Part shown: positions 34,601 to 46,600 of the stretch, piece after piece
How positions within the stretch are numbered: the stretch's first letter is position 1
How the letters are laid out: every line of letters starts with the position of its first letter
Assembly (NCBI GenBank): GCA_964187785.1
Contig: OZ076409.1
Location: 12,278,001-12,342,000, forward strand
Direction: 5' to 3'
Length of the DNA stretch: 64,000 bases
Source: Amphiscolops sp. MND2022
Lineage: Eukaryota
Program-made: the position numbers and the translations under genes
Notes under the pieces: model-generated
Told to the model about the DNA's origin: nothing
The model's input: only the letters and a program-made list of their open reading frames with translations
Databases searched by the model: none

Positions 34601-37600
34601 CATTGTCTATGAGATGTTCATCGTTGACCCCGTGGTCAAGGTAGTTTTGAGCAATTTGCATGACTTTATTCAACTTGTGAATATCACTCACTGTTGATAA
34701 CCTTGCATTACAATACTTAACAAAGTCGTAAGCACATTGGCTTCTGAGGTAAACTGATCTGTTAAGACCGTCTATCCAACCATTGGTCGAAATACTTTTC
34801 TTAGAACTTCGGTAAAAAAAACCTGAAGTATTCGAGAGGCGAGTCTATTATAAGCAAATCCGGGGGGCGTATACCAAAAATTGAGAGTTTATCCGCGTGG
34901 AATTTGCTTGTCTTCAGATCCATAATGAGTAATTTTTGTGACGCAGTAAAATCACCATGTAAAACGTTCATGTTACATATTGGATTTGAAACAAAACCAG
35001 GCCCTTCCTTCTCATTTCGTTGTACGATTCCACCTCTGCTGTGTCGTGGCAAAGTGGAACATCTAACAAATTCCTTTGAACAATATACGTGTGGATAATT
35101 GAGTACGAACCAAATGGACTCCGTTAGACAAATGGTTTGTGCTTCAACGTGTTTTTGTTGTCGCTTTTTCGAATTCTTCAGCGCAGCCTTGACTCCACTT
35201 ATTTTTTTGGTAAGGATTCGCTGAACGTTAACGGCTAAGGAGTCATCTGTGTTTGCAGACACTATCTTCGAAGTTGCACGTTCTTCGATACCAGCCGCAT
35301 ATTTGGCAATGTACCTCGCACAAAGATATCTGTCGCTAACTTGCACATTCATGCTAGACTTTGTCAAACGGAACAGGCTGATGTTCATGGGGGAAAGGTG
35401 CTCACCCATGTCAGCGGGGTAGAGAAATTTGCCATCCACCCTTCAAACTTTTGCAGACTTCAAAATCGTCATCAACGCCTATTCTGGGGAATGCCAAATC
35501 AAGTTGTTGCATTAGACGCAATGCTTCTGAACTATGGGGAGCACGAATTGGCATATAGGAGTACACATGCGATGCTGGGTATATTGGAACGCGATAGATG
35601 GGACTACCGTCGTCTTTGGTTTTCTTATGACATCTGAAGATAGCTTTAGAACAATCATGTGATTGTATAGCCATGGCCAGTTTGAAAATCCGATCTTGTT
35701 CGATCTGTGATAACGGCTTGGAAAACGCTTTAAGTTGACAAATTTCATTGTGTATGGCTTTTCCTGAACAAACAATTCGGCGTTGAACTGTGAAATCATG
35801 GTTATCTTCATCTGTCCAAATAACAGCATGAATATGAGGCAAATTACCAGTCGTTGTTTGAAATTCATAGCGATACCACATTTGAGTGACTTGGCCGAGC
35901 GGTTGCTCAGGCGATTTCTCAGTATATCGCATCAGTGCTTTTGAAGCCCGTTCCCAAGCTCTGGTTAAGATCACCATTTCTGCTTTAACGGCCGCTTGCC
36001 ATCTTTCTCGTGTCGGGATTTCAATGCTTTAAATATGGGAGCAACTCCGAAATGTTCATCCAGGTTACACGTGTGGGTTGTAAAATAATTTGGTGAATTA
36101 TTTGCAATCATTGCCGACCACTGATTCACACTTTTTCGAAAGTCGGCTTCGTCAAACTTCAGTACTGATTCCCCGGCAGTTTTACATTTGTTTTTCTTTG
36201 GGATTTCTTCTAGACCACGATCCACGATGAGAGAAGAATGGGCGTTTGCCAAATAGTAATTGTAGACAATATCGAACAACCATTGAATGTAACTTTCGTC
36301 AGTTGAGCACAGCAAGGAAACATTTTCAAACGAGTCATCATGTGATCCACCACAGTTGCGAAACCGAACTTTTTATTTTGATCATCTGAGAACAGACTAC
36401 TACAAAGAGAACCAGGGTAGTTACCGTCTTCCTCGCTTTTGTAGAATATTGTTGAAAATAGCATTGCATCGGGGTAAAGAAGAGGTACACTATTTCCTTT
36501 AGAGGTTGCTACAATGTTTTGAAGCATTCGGCGACTGTGATCATTGCCTGTAATAGGCTGACGATTCCGGCGCAGAAGATGGCAATCCGTATTAAGTAAC
36601 AGATGAGACGGTATTGACTTGTCGGACACATTAATATCGTAAATGGGCATTGGACCAGAATCAGTGATATCAACATTCGAAGGAAGATCCTCGTCTTCAA
36701 GAACAGCTCGCGGAAATTGCTCCAATGCGTCATTTTCAACATAAAAATCCCAAATATCTTCTTCGTCGGTGTCTGTATGTTCTGAAGTTGCCTCAAGTTT
36801 GTTAAATTCAGGTAAGTTCAACTCTTCAAAAATTTCCTTGTCAAATCCATCATCGAGTACAGTATTTTCTTCAACTTCGGATTGAATATCATTATTACGA
36901 ACTTGAGACAGTGCTTCGTTGTCATCTTGCTGAGTCGGTTGTTCAAACATTGAAAAATCATTTTGAATAGGATCTTGTTTAATTTTAAAGGTCTCACAAT
37001 TGGACAGCGATACTGTGTCAAAATGTTTTTTGCAAATGCTCACTGCACAATCATCGTTAGCACATCTAAACTTTCCAACTCGTTTGCAGTTTCTCCCAGA
37101 ACATTTAAAATTAGTTTTTCGTGGGTTTTTAGTGAGAAAGGAATTGTGTTTATCACCGACAATTGTGCTTTGTCCGCCCAAAAACTGCAAGTACTCGGCT
37201 CGACAACTCCAATATGATTAATTTGTGATATTAACGTACATGCAGAAATTCCAACGTTGGTGTGCTTCAAAAAAATCATTGTCGAAATCTTGACGAAATG
37301 GCCTCTTATTGTTGTAGTCGTATTTCCACGAACCCCATTTTTTCTTTCCGTGCCGTGTGTGAATGGAGAGAGATGATTCACTAAAAAAGGTTAACATACG
37401 AAGTTCTAACTTGGCGTCACCAACAACAATTTCAGTAGGAAGTAATTCAGCTGATACTTCACTTCGACTGATGCATTTGAAAACAACAGCTGGAACAATC
37501 TGTTGAAAGCCTTGCACATCATTCCTTGACAGAACGTCGACTATTGGTACTTGTGGAGTACATGAAACTAACAATTTTGTGACTTTCTCCACAAGATAAG

Positions 37601-40600
37601 CATCATGGAATGTTCCAAGGAAATGTGTAAGAAAAACCTCAGATTTGGTCCTTTGAGACGGTCTGATCGTTGGATTGTGATTGAAACAGCTACTAGCAAG
37701 TTTTGAGACGTGCTCACATAATGCGGTATCAGAAGCTGCATTTTCGTTGACTAAAGAACAATATTCGGGATTGAGGACCATGTTACATAATAAAAACCAC
37801 AATAAAGGCTCGATGTTTGTGGGAACGCTTGGGGGTTGACATCCGAAATCAGTATTTATTTGAGCAAAAAAAGCTTGATAAAATTTATTGTTAGCGTTGT
37901 TTTCTGCTTGACGTTTCATTCCCATAGCTATATTGAAAGGTACATTGGTAGCGGAATTCAGTGCTTGTTGAACCACGGCATCACTAGGACAAGGGTTAGA
38001 CACAATGGTGTTTTTAATTGATTCCTTTATCTCTCCAGTTGCGACTAAATCATCCAATAATTGTGCAACGTCAGATCTGTTTTTAGCAGTGAGACCTTCA
38101 GCACTAGGCATGGTGTCTTCTGCATGCACATCCCATTTCCTCTTGAGACCTTTTCGCTGAGAACTAGCTCCAGCATAACCCACGTCCTCTGCCACGATGC
38201 AGTATGTGTGAACAGAGTATTTCGCTTTCATAGGGTGTGCAACTTTAGACTGAATAACAGCGGGCGCAAGTCTATTAGAATATTTGAGAGGAAATGAGCC
38301 AGTAGCGGGATTTGTAGGAGGATGGACGTATTGGAGTTGAGACCCTTTGTTGTGGTCGGAACAAGTTACAATTAAAGGGCCGTGTTGGCTGCTAAGGTAA
38401 ATGAAAGGTTTTATTATGAAACAATTGTGTTCTTCTTCGTCTAACCAATCAGACCGAGCTCCATTTAGATGTTTCCTGTAATCTGCATTAAAAAATGTAA
38501 ACGAAGGAAAAAGATTATTAAGAAAATGTTGAAGTGAAATGTAACCAATATATTCTTTGTCCTTGAACGTGGTACATCCGAAGGGACATCTAACATCAGG
38601 AAAAGCAGTTTTATTACAGGATTCTTCAATTTCATCCATAATATTCATCTTTTTAACTTCTTATAAATGATCAACTTTAGCGGTAACATCAGCAAATTGA
38701 AAATGTGGTAAATTGGAAACGGCCGCGTATCGTAAAAAATGCTGCCAAAAAGTCTGTAACGACGGTGGTAATATGTACCAAAAATGTTTCCCACGTGTTG
38801 GTATTTCAACAGACACTAAACAAGTTAACAAAGCCGATGGCCAGCCGTATTCCCATCTGTCTGATGCAGTATCCCGGCGCAAATATGTATAACATAAGTC
38901 ACAAACGAGAACACTGACTCGTTTCAACTTTCGCACCAAGTCTTCTTTTAAGTATGGAGTTAACAGACACCTCTTGCAACGGACCACAATTAAGACGACG
39001 ACATTTACAACATTCTTCTTGATTTAACGGAATCTGATCTAATTGACTGAGGTCAGGAAATAATGATATTACACTACTGCTGGGAATGACTGTAACAATT
39101 GAACTTACTGTTGGTGATTCCACTGAGGCCGAGATCATTTCGTTCTCAGACCGTTGAATACTCACTTGTTGGGTGGTGTTGCAGTTGTTACATTCAGAGA
39201 GACTTTTAGCAAACATACCACAATTTAGGCATTTACTTACAGATCGTCTCTTTCGAGGAGGCATTTTGCAAATGACAAAAATCTGAAAGATAATAAAACC
39301 TTGTGAATGTAGTCAAATGAAATATCAAAAAGCCCATATGTTAAACGGTCCTAAGTAGACGAAGAAATCAATCAGAAAAATATTTTAAAGTTACCTATTT
39401 TTAAGAAAAGTTCATAAATTACGTAATTTACGTTTGCCATTGAGTAACACTTTTTGCAATGCGTTTCATTTAGATCTAAATTATTGTGAAAGTATTTTGA
39501 ATGTCGCATAATTTTAACAAAAGTTCATCAAAAAAATCTTCGTTAACCATTCTATAATTGTTGCAAAAGTGCTTGAATATCGTAATCTAAGTAAACCATT
39601 ATGAATCACTGTTTGAGATGAATTTCAAGTAGTATAAAAAGGCTGAAGAACTGGATCAGTTAATCAAAAGTTTTATAGAGTAGATAAACAGTTTTCAATT
39701 GACGAACTCAAAACTAATAAAATTCAACTCATCATCAGTATTTGAAACAATAAAACACAAGTCACAATGCGTAAAATAACTAACAATTGAGAGTTTAAAA
39801 GAAATGGATTCAATAGGTGATGACAAACCAGAAATCAAAATTCAAAGTTGCATAAAACAAGTGAACGCAACAACACCAAAACTATTGATTGTAATTCAAT
39901 TTTTCAAGATACTTTCGCTTTGACGGGCTATTTTTTCCGGCAATTCTTCGTTTTCCAGGGCCTTTCGTGAGTTCCATTAAACTCTCTCATTGTTGCAAAA
40001 TCTCGAAGCATTTAATTTCCAGGTTTTTGTTAGGATGCGCAACTGTAGTGTCGAAACATTTATACTCTGGCGGCAGATATCGTTTCATGTCCAGGTAAAT
40101 TATTCCTGGCGGAGAGACATCCGGGAGGCAGGAACCCAAATCAATTACAGAGTCATTCCTGCGGAAAAACAGGAAGGCAACAACTCCATAGGCTCTACAT
40201 TCGTCAAGCAAGTCTTTCAATCCTTTTTTTGTCAGTGCCGAACTCTCTTTGAAATTTGATAACGAATTGTTTATGGCATCGTGCCAAATGATGATAGGTC
40301 GGTTATTCTTAAAATCAGCGTTCTTTAGGGCGTACATCAAATTTTTGTTGGGATGTCCTGCAACATTACTGGTAAATGCCATCCCGGGTTCAGATTTAAT
40401 TTGCTTCAATTCGTCTTTTGTAACGCCCAAACTGTGCTTTATCCCGTCAAGCGAACTGGCACCAATAACATTGAATTTCAACATAGCGACTTGAAATAAA
40501 AGACAGATCATTTGGACTACGTACATGAAATCGCCTAACAAACCAGTTAAAGTATTGAACATTCGAAAAAACAAGCACGTACGTGAAAAAAAAAAACGAA

Positions 40601-43600
40601 AATAACTTAGTACGTAACTATCAATCCAAATCAGTAATTTAAAAAACTTTCCGGACAAATGAGGCCGAGTATAACTCATGCCGTAAAATGTTGTAAAATT
40701 CTTGAAAATTTAAAGCCGATTTAACGTACGTTGGAATCCTACTAAATATGTATATCAAAACTAAGGCCGAGCATAGCTCATGCCAAATAAAGAAGCAAAA
40801 ATTTAAAAGATCGAGGCCGAGTATTACTCATGCCAATTGAAATTAAAAATTATTTGCAGACCATAAAACGTTCACGTAATAAATTTCAATTTAAAACATT
40901 TAATTTAAAGAAAAGAAAATATTATCAAGAGATAAACTAAAGCGGATAATATTTTAAAATAATGCTATAATTATTTTATACCATTCTTTTGATCTTCGTA
41001 TTTTGCTCTTCCTCGGCGTCATACCTGTAAAACAAATACATAGATGAGGGTGGTGTCGATACGCTGCAAGATATAGAGCCTCCCCTCACTGTCAGTTCTG
41101 AATGGATAAATTGCTAAACTTCGACAAATGGAGGGCAAATTTATGGGATGAAACACCTAAATAAATGCTTGTCTGTAAATAGAGTATCGGAATTATATTG
41201 CTCATCAAAATAATGGGAGTTTGAGAGCCTCCCCTCTTCGACAATTGCGTTCATGGGCGACTCGAGATCTACTTTCTCTGATACACAAAATCGAACCGAA
41301 CAGAATCTCTGAATTCCGATCTGGTGTGGGTGAAGTCATATTTCTGTAAGGAGAGCGCATTGAGCAAACTAGGAGCACGTTTTCCGGATGACAGCTTCGT
41401 GGCGTATATATCGCTTCAGTTAATACTTCTTTCGGGTGTTCCATTTTCGTTGTTTTTGTTTTGTGAAATCGCGCATGATTCGGTACTGGGAGTTTTCCGC
41501 GGCACTAGGAGTTCCATTTCTTTCAGACATTTGCTCAACGGTACCGATCGTGAGTAGTCTCCTGTAAGGTTATCGGGAGAGAAGATGTTGAGGTCGCCGT
41601 TCTTAAGATGGAGAAAAAGCAGTCGCTCCTGTTCGGGAAAATGCCCATTTTCCGAGATTGTCGTCTCTGTCTCGTAAGAATGGCACCAAGTTTGGGAACC
41701 AAAGTTTTTTTACACTTTGTGTGAAAGTCGTATACGTTGTGCGGAACCTTTCTGACGTGAATGACTAAAGACCAAGAACTGTGCTAGTGAACAATCTGAA
41801 TATTATTCGGGACGAATAGAGGAGTATTAACTTTTTCGAGAAAATCTTTCTTGACAATAAGATTGCATGTTCGTTTGAAGCCAAAAGCAACCGTTTTTAG
41901 TCGGCGCATTTTAGTAAAAAATGAGCCCGACTATTACCGTGTCTAGTTTTTTTTTCGTCAGATAACAGAATGTCTGCGTAGTGGAATTTTTTTACAGAAG
42001 TACTGGATCGACAAGCGGAAACCGAAGTTATTTGCGTTTTACTGAAGAGGAGGCGTAGGATCGAAAAAAGCGCTAGCGTTTGTTTCACGGTTCGCTATAT
42101 CCCAACTTCTGAAGCGTATTCCGAGCACGAAAGGTACCCTTACGGGTTTCGAAATTGAGACATTCATTTAAAAAATGCCCTGAGCATATCCTAAAATCTT
42201 GGCGCTTTAGGTTCCTAAGGCGTTGCCGCCGATAGCGTACTAATTTGTCGTTTTTGACGTAATTGTTCAGTTTTTGGCGTTCCTGGAGTTGTTCCCTTTG
42301 AGAAACTATGACTCTCTCATTGACGAATAATAACGAGAACGATTTATTGGAGTTTCTGATCGCGTTGATTTGTGATTGTTTGGAATCGTTCCGATGTTCT
42401 GGAGCGCAGGTTTTTACTAGTTAGACTTGAATGTGTTTTTGGTATCGAGTAGAAGCATTGCTTCCGCTTGGGACGATTAAAAGAAATTTCGTAACGTGAA
42501 TAGCATGTCTAATACCCCATTTCTGTCCGATTGATCCTGGAGTTTTACGCACTTCAATTGGTCTGACACAGTTGGTTCTTGTCGATGGGTATTAAACGGC
42601 TGGCGTTATAGACAACCAATTCTTCTGTCTCGAAGTCACTTGTAGCTACGATAGAAGCTAACATGTCCAATGTTTCGCCGAGCTCAGCGGAAGACTCTGA
42701 AATTTGACAAAATCCGATGCCACTCATTGAACCATGGCGTACTCCTGGATGAACCGTCCAGTTAGTCAAAAATCCCGAGATATATTGCAATGTGTCTTCG
42801 TACTGATTTGAGACTGCGTGATTCTCAGAAGGTTCTGACTGTGCCGGGTGCTTGTCGGCGAGTATCTGGTACACAGCTCATGTTTTGATTCGATCGTCCA
42901 GGGCCAATACTTGTGTTTTTTGTGTTTTGCCGAGACATGGTAAAGCGTTTCAAATTTCACTAGCTGTCATAAAAGCTGGAAGAAAAACCATGTTGAAAAT
43001 GTCGATGTGTACTCTTCGGTGTCTTGATTTCGTTGGCCTGAAACCCCCAGTTGTCGTGGTTTTCCTCCAGTTAACCGCTTTACCATAGTACAGTAGTCTG
43101 TCATGAATGATTGGCATGTGTTAGAAAGACGTTGCCGTATGTTTGCTATATCATTTTTGAGCAAACAAAGTTAATTTTGATGGGATTGGCTATCGTTTAG
43201 GTCGAAAGTTAAAGCAATGCGAGAAAGTTTCTTCTCTTCGTTTTCAAATAAAGGAAGAAATTTGTTCTATGTTTTATGTTGAGCCTCAGACTTTTGACGT
43301 TATATCCGAACTATATTGAGTTTTAGTAAAGAGGAGGCGGATGTTCGAAGCAGGAGTTTTCCTTGAAAACATCATACGCATATTTTAAAAACTGCTTTTT
43401 GAGCCCTAGATATAGCGCCGACTTTAGACGTTCCCGTCTTGTTTAATTTTTCCTCGACTTCACCCTGAATAGAAGATTGTGAATAGATTTTTTATGTGCC
43501 CTGTCAATCACAGGTGAGCAAGGAGGTGCTGTGTTGTCAATAGTAATTTGTTGCAGGATCTGAATTCTCTGAATCAACAGATAGCGCAATTGGGAGAAAT

Positions 43601-46600
43601 CAACAGGAGTAGAAGTTCCACCAATTCAACGAACAACCACATCCAGAGTCATGCATCCACTGTGGTAGCCGCGCTCCAAACTAGATTAGCCAATTTATCC
43701 ACAGATTTCAAGTCAGCCCTCGATATCCGTACAGAGGTAACTAAAGCGCATTATAGCACAACACTTATTTGATTGATACAGCGCTCAAAGCACTAATCAG
43801 AAAAGCTGGCTTCGTAATTTTTTTTTCAATTTGCGGATTTTCGCAATAAGTAGGTTGTCTACATCAATCAATTGTCAATTTCATGCTTTGTCGTTTGCAG
43901 AGTTTTGAGACCGCTAATCGGCGAATTAGCGGCCGCGCAGAATTTTTTCAGCGATCTATTGGCGATTCAAATTAGCGGCAACACCAAAATTTCCTCGGAG
44001 TTTCAAGTTGAATTTCAAAAAATACCACTTCATCTGTAAAACCCACATTGTATGAAAAATTCCCATCTTTCAATTTTAAAACATCCTTGAAGTCAAGCAT
44101 TTGATAATTTGAAAAAAGTTCTTCAGCGAAATAGCGATTTTGAAATTTTAGCGGTTCATCGATTAGCGAAAAAAAATTAGCGATGTCAAAACTCAGGGTG
44201 TTTGGCTCCGAAAGAATATGAAGTTTGTATTTAGAATTTGAAAGCTTCCAAAACAAGAAAGGACAATTTCTCCCAATCCAATCCCAGTTCGAACAGTAGT
44301 GCCTCCGGTGGCATTGGCGACCGAAGCGTCCTTTTCAGAGACGAACAACTTGCAATTCAACAACGGAACAGTCCCACTTCATCTGCAATAAACATTCCCG
44401 CAGGTAACTCAATCGTCTTGTTCGAAAGTTGGATGACATTTTAAACAGCATTGTTTTTAGTCGGCGCTTTTCGTAGAAAAACGCAAACTATAGTAGTGAC
44501 TTTTCTTTTTTTTAAGACCAACGAAGTGACAGATTTTATAAGCTGGGTTCCGCTAACTGCCACACTAATGTAGCTTCTGCTTCTGATTTTTTGAGGTCTG
44601 CCAAGCAGAAGGACGTGGGTTCGAGTTCCGCCCTTGACCAAAAATTTTTTTGTGCATTGTATCTCGGCGTTGAGAATTTTTCGCAATTTTTTTTAATGGC
44701 TCTAAAGGGTCCCCCTTCATTTTTTTCTACTTTGCAAAAGAATGAATGTTCAAAAACTCCCAAAGGGACCCCTTTCACATTTTTCGGCACTATGCGACTT
44801 ACCGGAGACCAAAAAAATCGGAATTTTCAATTTTTTCCTCATACGGGTACTGTAGAAGAGAAAACTTGACACTTTGAAGTCCTTTTGCTATTTTTGAGCC
44901 TTAGATATGGCGCCGACTTGGTCCGTTCCCGGCTTGTTTTCTTCTTTGTTGCACTTTTTTAGGAAACTAAATTGAGGTTATAAGCATCAGTCGTAAATTC
45001 ACAATCACATCAGTACTAGAGTTTTCAGTTTTGTTTCGTGACCATTTGTGACTACCAAATGTTTTTTTGCTTGAATTTTCTTGATTTTTCCAAATTCCTG
45101 GAAACTTAATTCCTGGAAAGATGTTTCTGCATCATTCAATGCTTCTTGGCTCGGAGAAATGTTTTAGAGCTTTCATAAATCATGAAAGTGAACTGTGTTA
45201 GAAAAAAAATTAACCAGACTTATCTGTCATCTATGTCAAAACAAGTGGTATTTGGTTTTCAACAATTAGTGACGAGGCGTCCAATTGTTACGTCATTCAA
45301 CGCTGACGTGTGGTCAAAATATGCTTTAAAGCGTATTTAACCAACCAGTGCCAAAGTCATGAAGTACTTATCGAAGAGTAGCAGACAACTTTGAGCTGTT
45401 AGCTGAAGATGAGAAAACATTTGAAGGCTTCACAGAACAAGATTTCCATTCTTCTTTTGAAGTGTTAAAAGTTCAAATTAAAAATGAGTAGTTTGAGTAA
45501 AGAACTCGTTGATGATTAGTGTCGTTGAGTTTTGACACAGTTTCTGAAATTTCGCGTACGTACTTTAAAAGCTGGAGGCGTCCTTGTGAACTATGGGCAC
45601 GTAAAATGTTTCTGAGGATTCCGACCCATGGTTGGTTGAAAAACGTTCTAAAGTATTTTTATATGTTTTAAAACAGTTTACGAACTGAAAACGCAATTCA
45701 CTTCATTATCACAAAAACTATTCGGAAAATGAAGATGAATTCAGCAAGCGCATACAAAAGCGCCAGTTTACGGACTTTCTCAGGTTTCAGTCTATTTCGA
45801 ATTTCAGAATGTACGTGACCCATGGATGGAAAAACCCCTCTCGAGACCAGCTTGGGACGGTGTGAAAGGTCTGCGAAAATGAAAAGAAACAATAGCTGTT
45901 TTGAAACACCCCTGGAAAATGGAAGTTTTAAAACTTTTGAAGCACCCTGTTTTAAACATGCCAACTCTGTTCGGACCTGCTATTTCAGTATCTGTATTAT
46001 CAGATGAAATTATACTATTTTTGGAAGTGAAACGTCTCCATCAAACTATGAAATTGCATTGCAATAAGAAGAAACTTCATTTTTTAGTCGGCGCTTTTCC
46101 TTAAAAGAGCCGACTATAGTCATGGTTTTTCGTCAGTGTTTTTTTTAAACCACCTGAAGTGACCAAAATAGTTCTACCGAAAGTTCTACAAAATTTCAAA
46201 TTTCACCTGTTGGCCCAGGGAACTAAACCAAACGGTTTTTCTTTTTTTTCCGCGTAACATTACCGGGCGAGACTAAAGGGTCCCCCTTTCAATTTTTTTC
46301 GAGTGTTGCGACAAAATGGATGTTGAAAAATCCCAAAGGGTCCTCCCTTTCAGTTTTTTTTCGACATTGTGAGACTCATTTTTTTCATGAAAGGGTCCCC
46401 AATTCACCAATACTTTGACATTTTTAAGTCCTTTTGCTATTTTTGAGCCTTAGATATGGCGCCGACTTGGGCCGGTCCCTTGTTGAAATTTTCATGGAAC
46501 TCAAGGATATGTTCCCACTCGTGGTGAATCGAGATGAGCATAATACGTTTGAGAAAACTTACCTCCGAAAGTCCTCCACTGGACCACCAAACTATTGGAA

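Larger units (their letters stand above)
27061..41776 (-). mobile_element. Direct-repeat-bounded Helitron-like (Rep-Pif1-GIY-YIG) element, decayed, in STX5 intron 4
   Basis: Three co-oriented minus-strand ORFs including HUH Rep + Pif1 helicase, between two ~880-bp direct repeats. The element is certain; treating the repeats as its ends is inference. Confidence 0.8.

Noticed and set aside
27061..41776. Direct repeats as retroviral LTRs
   Set aside because: No TG...CA ends, PBS, PPT or TSD, and no RT/integrase between them.
44596..44640. Functional tRNA gene
   Set aside because: No D-arm/5' acceptor strand and a 3-nt anticodon loop; only a fragment.
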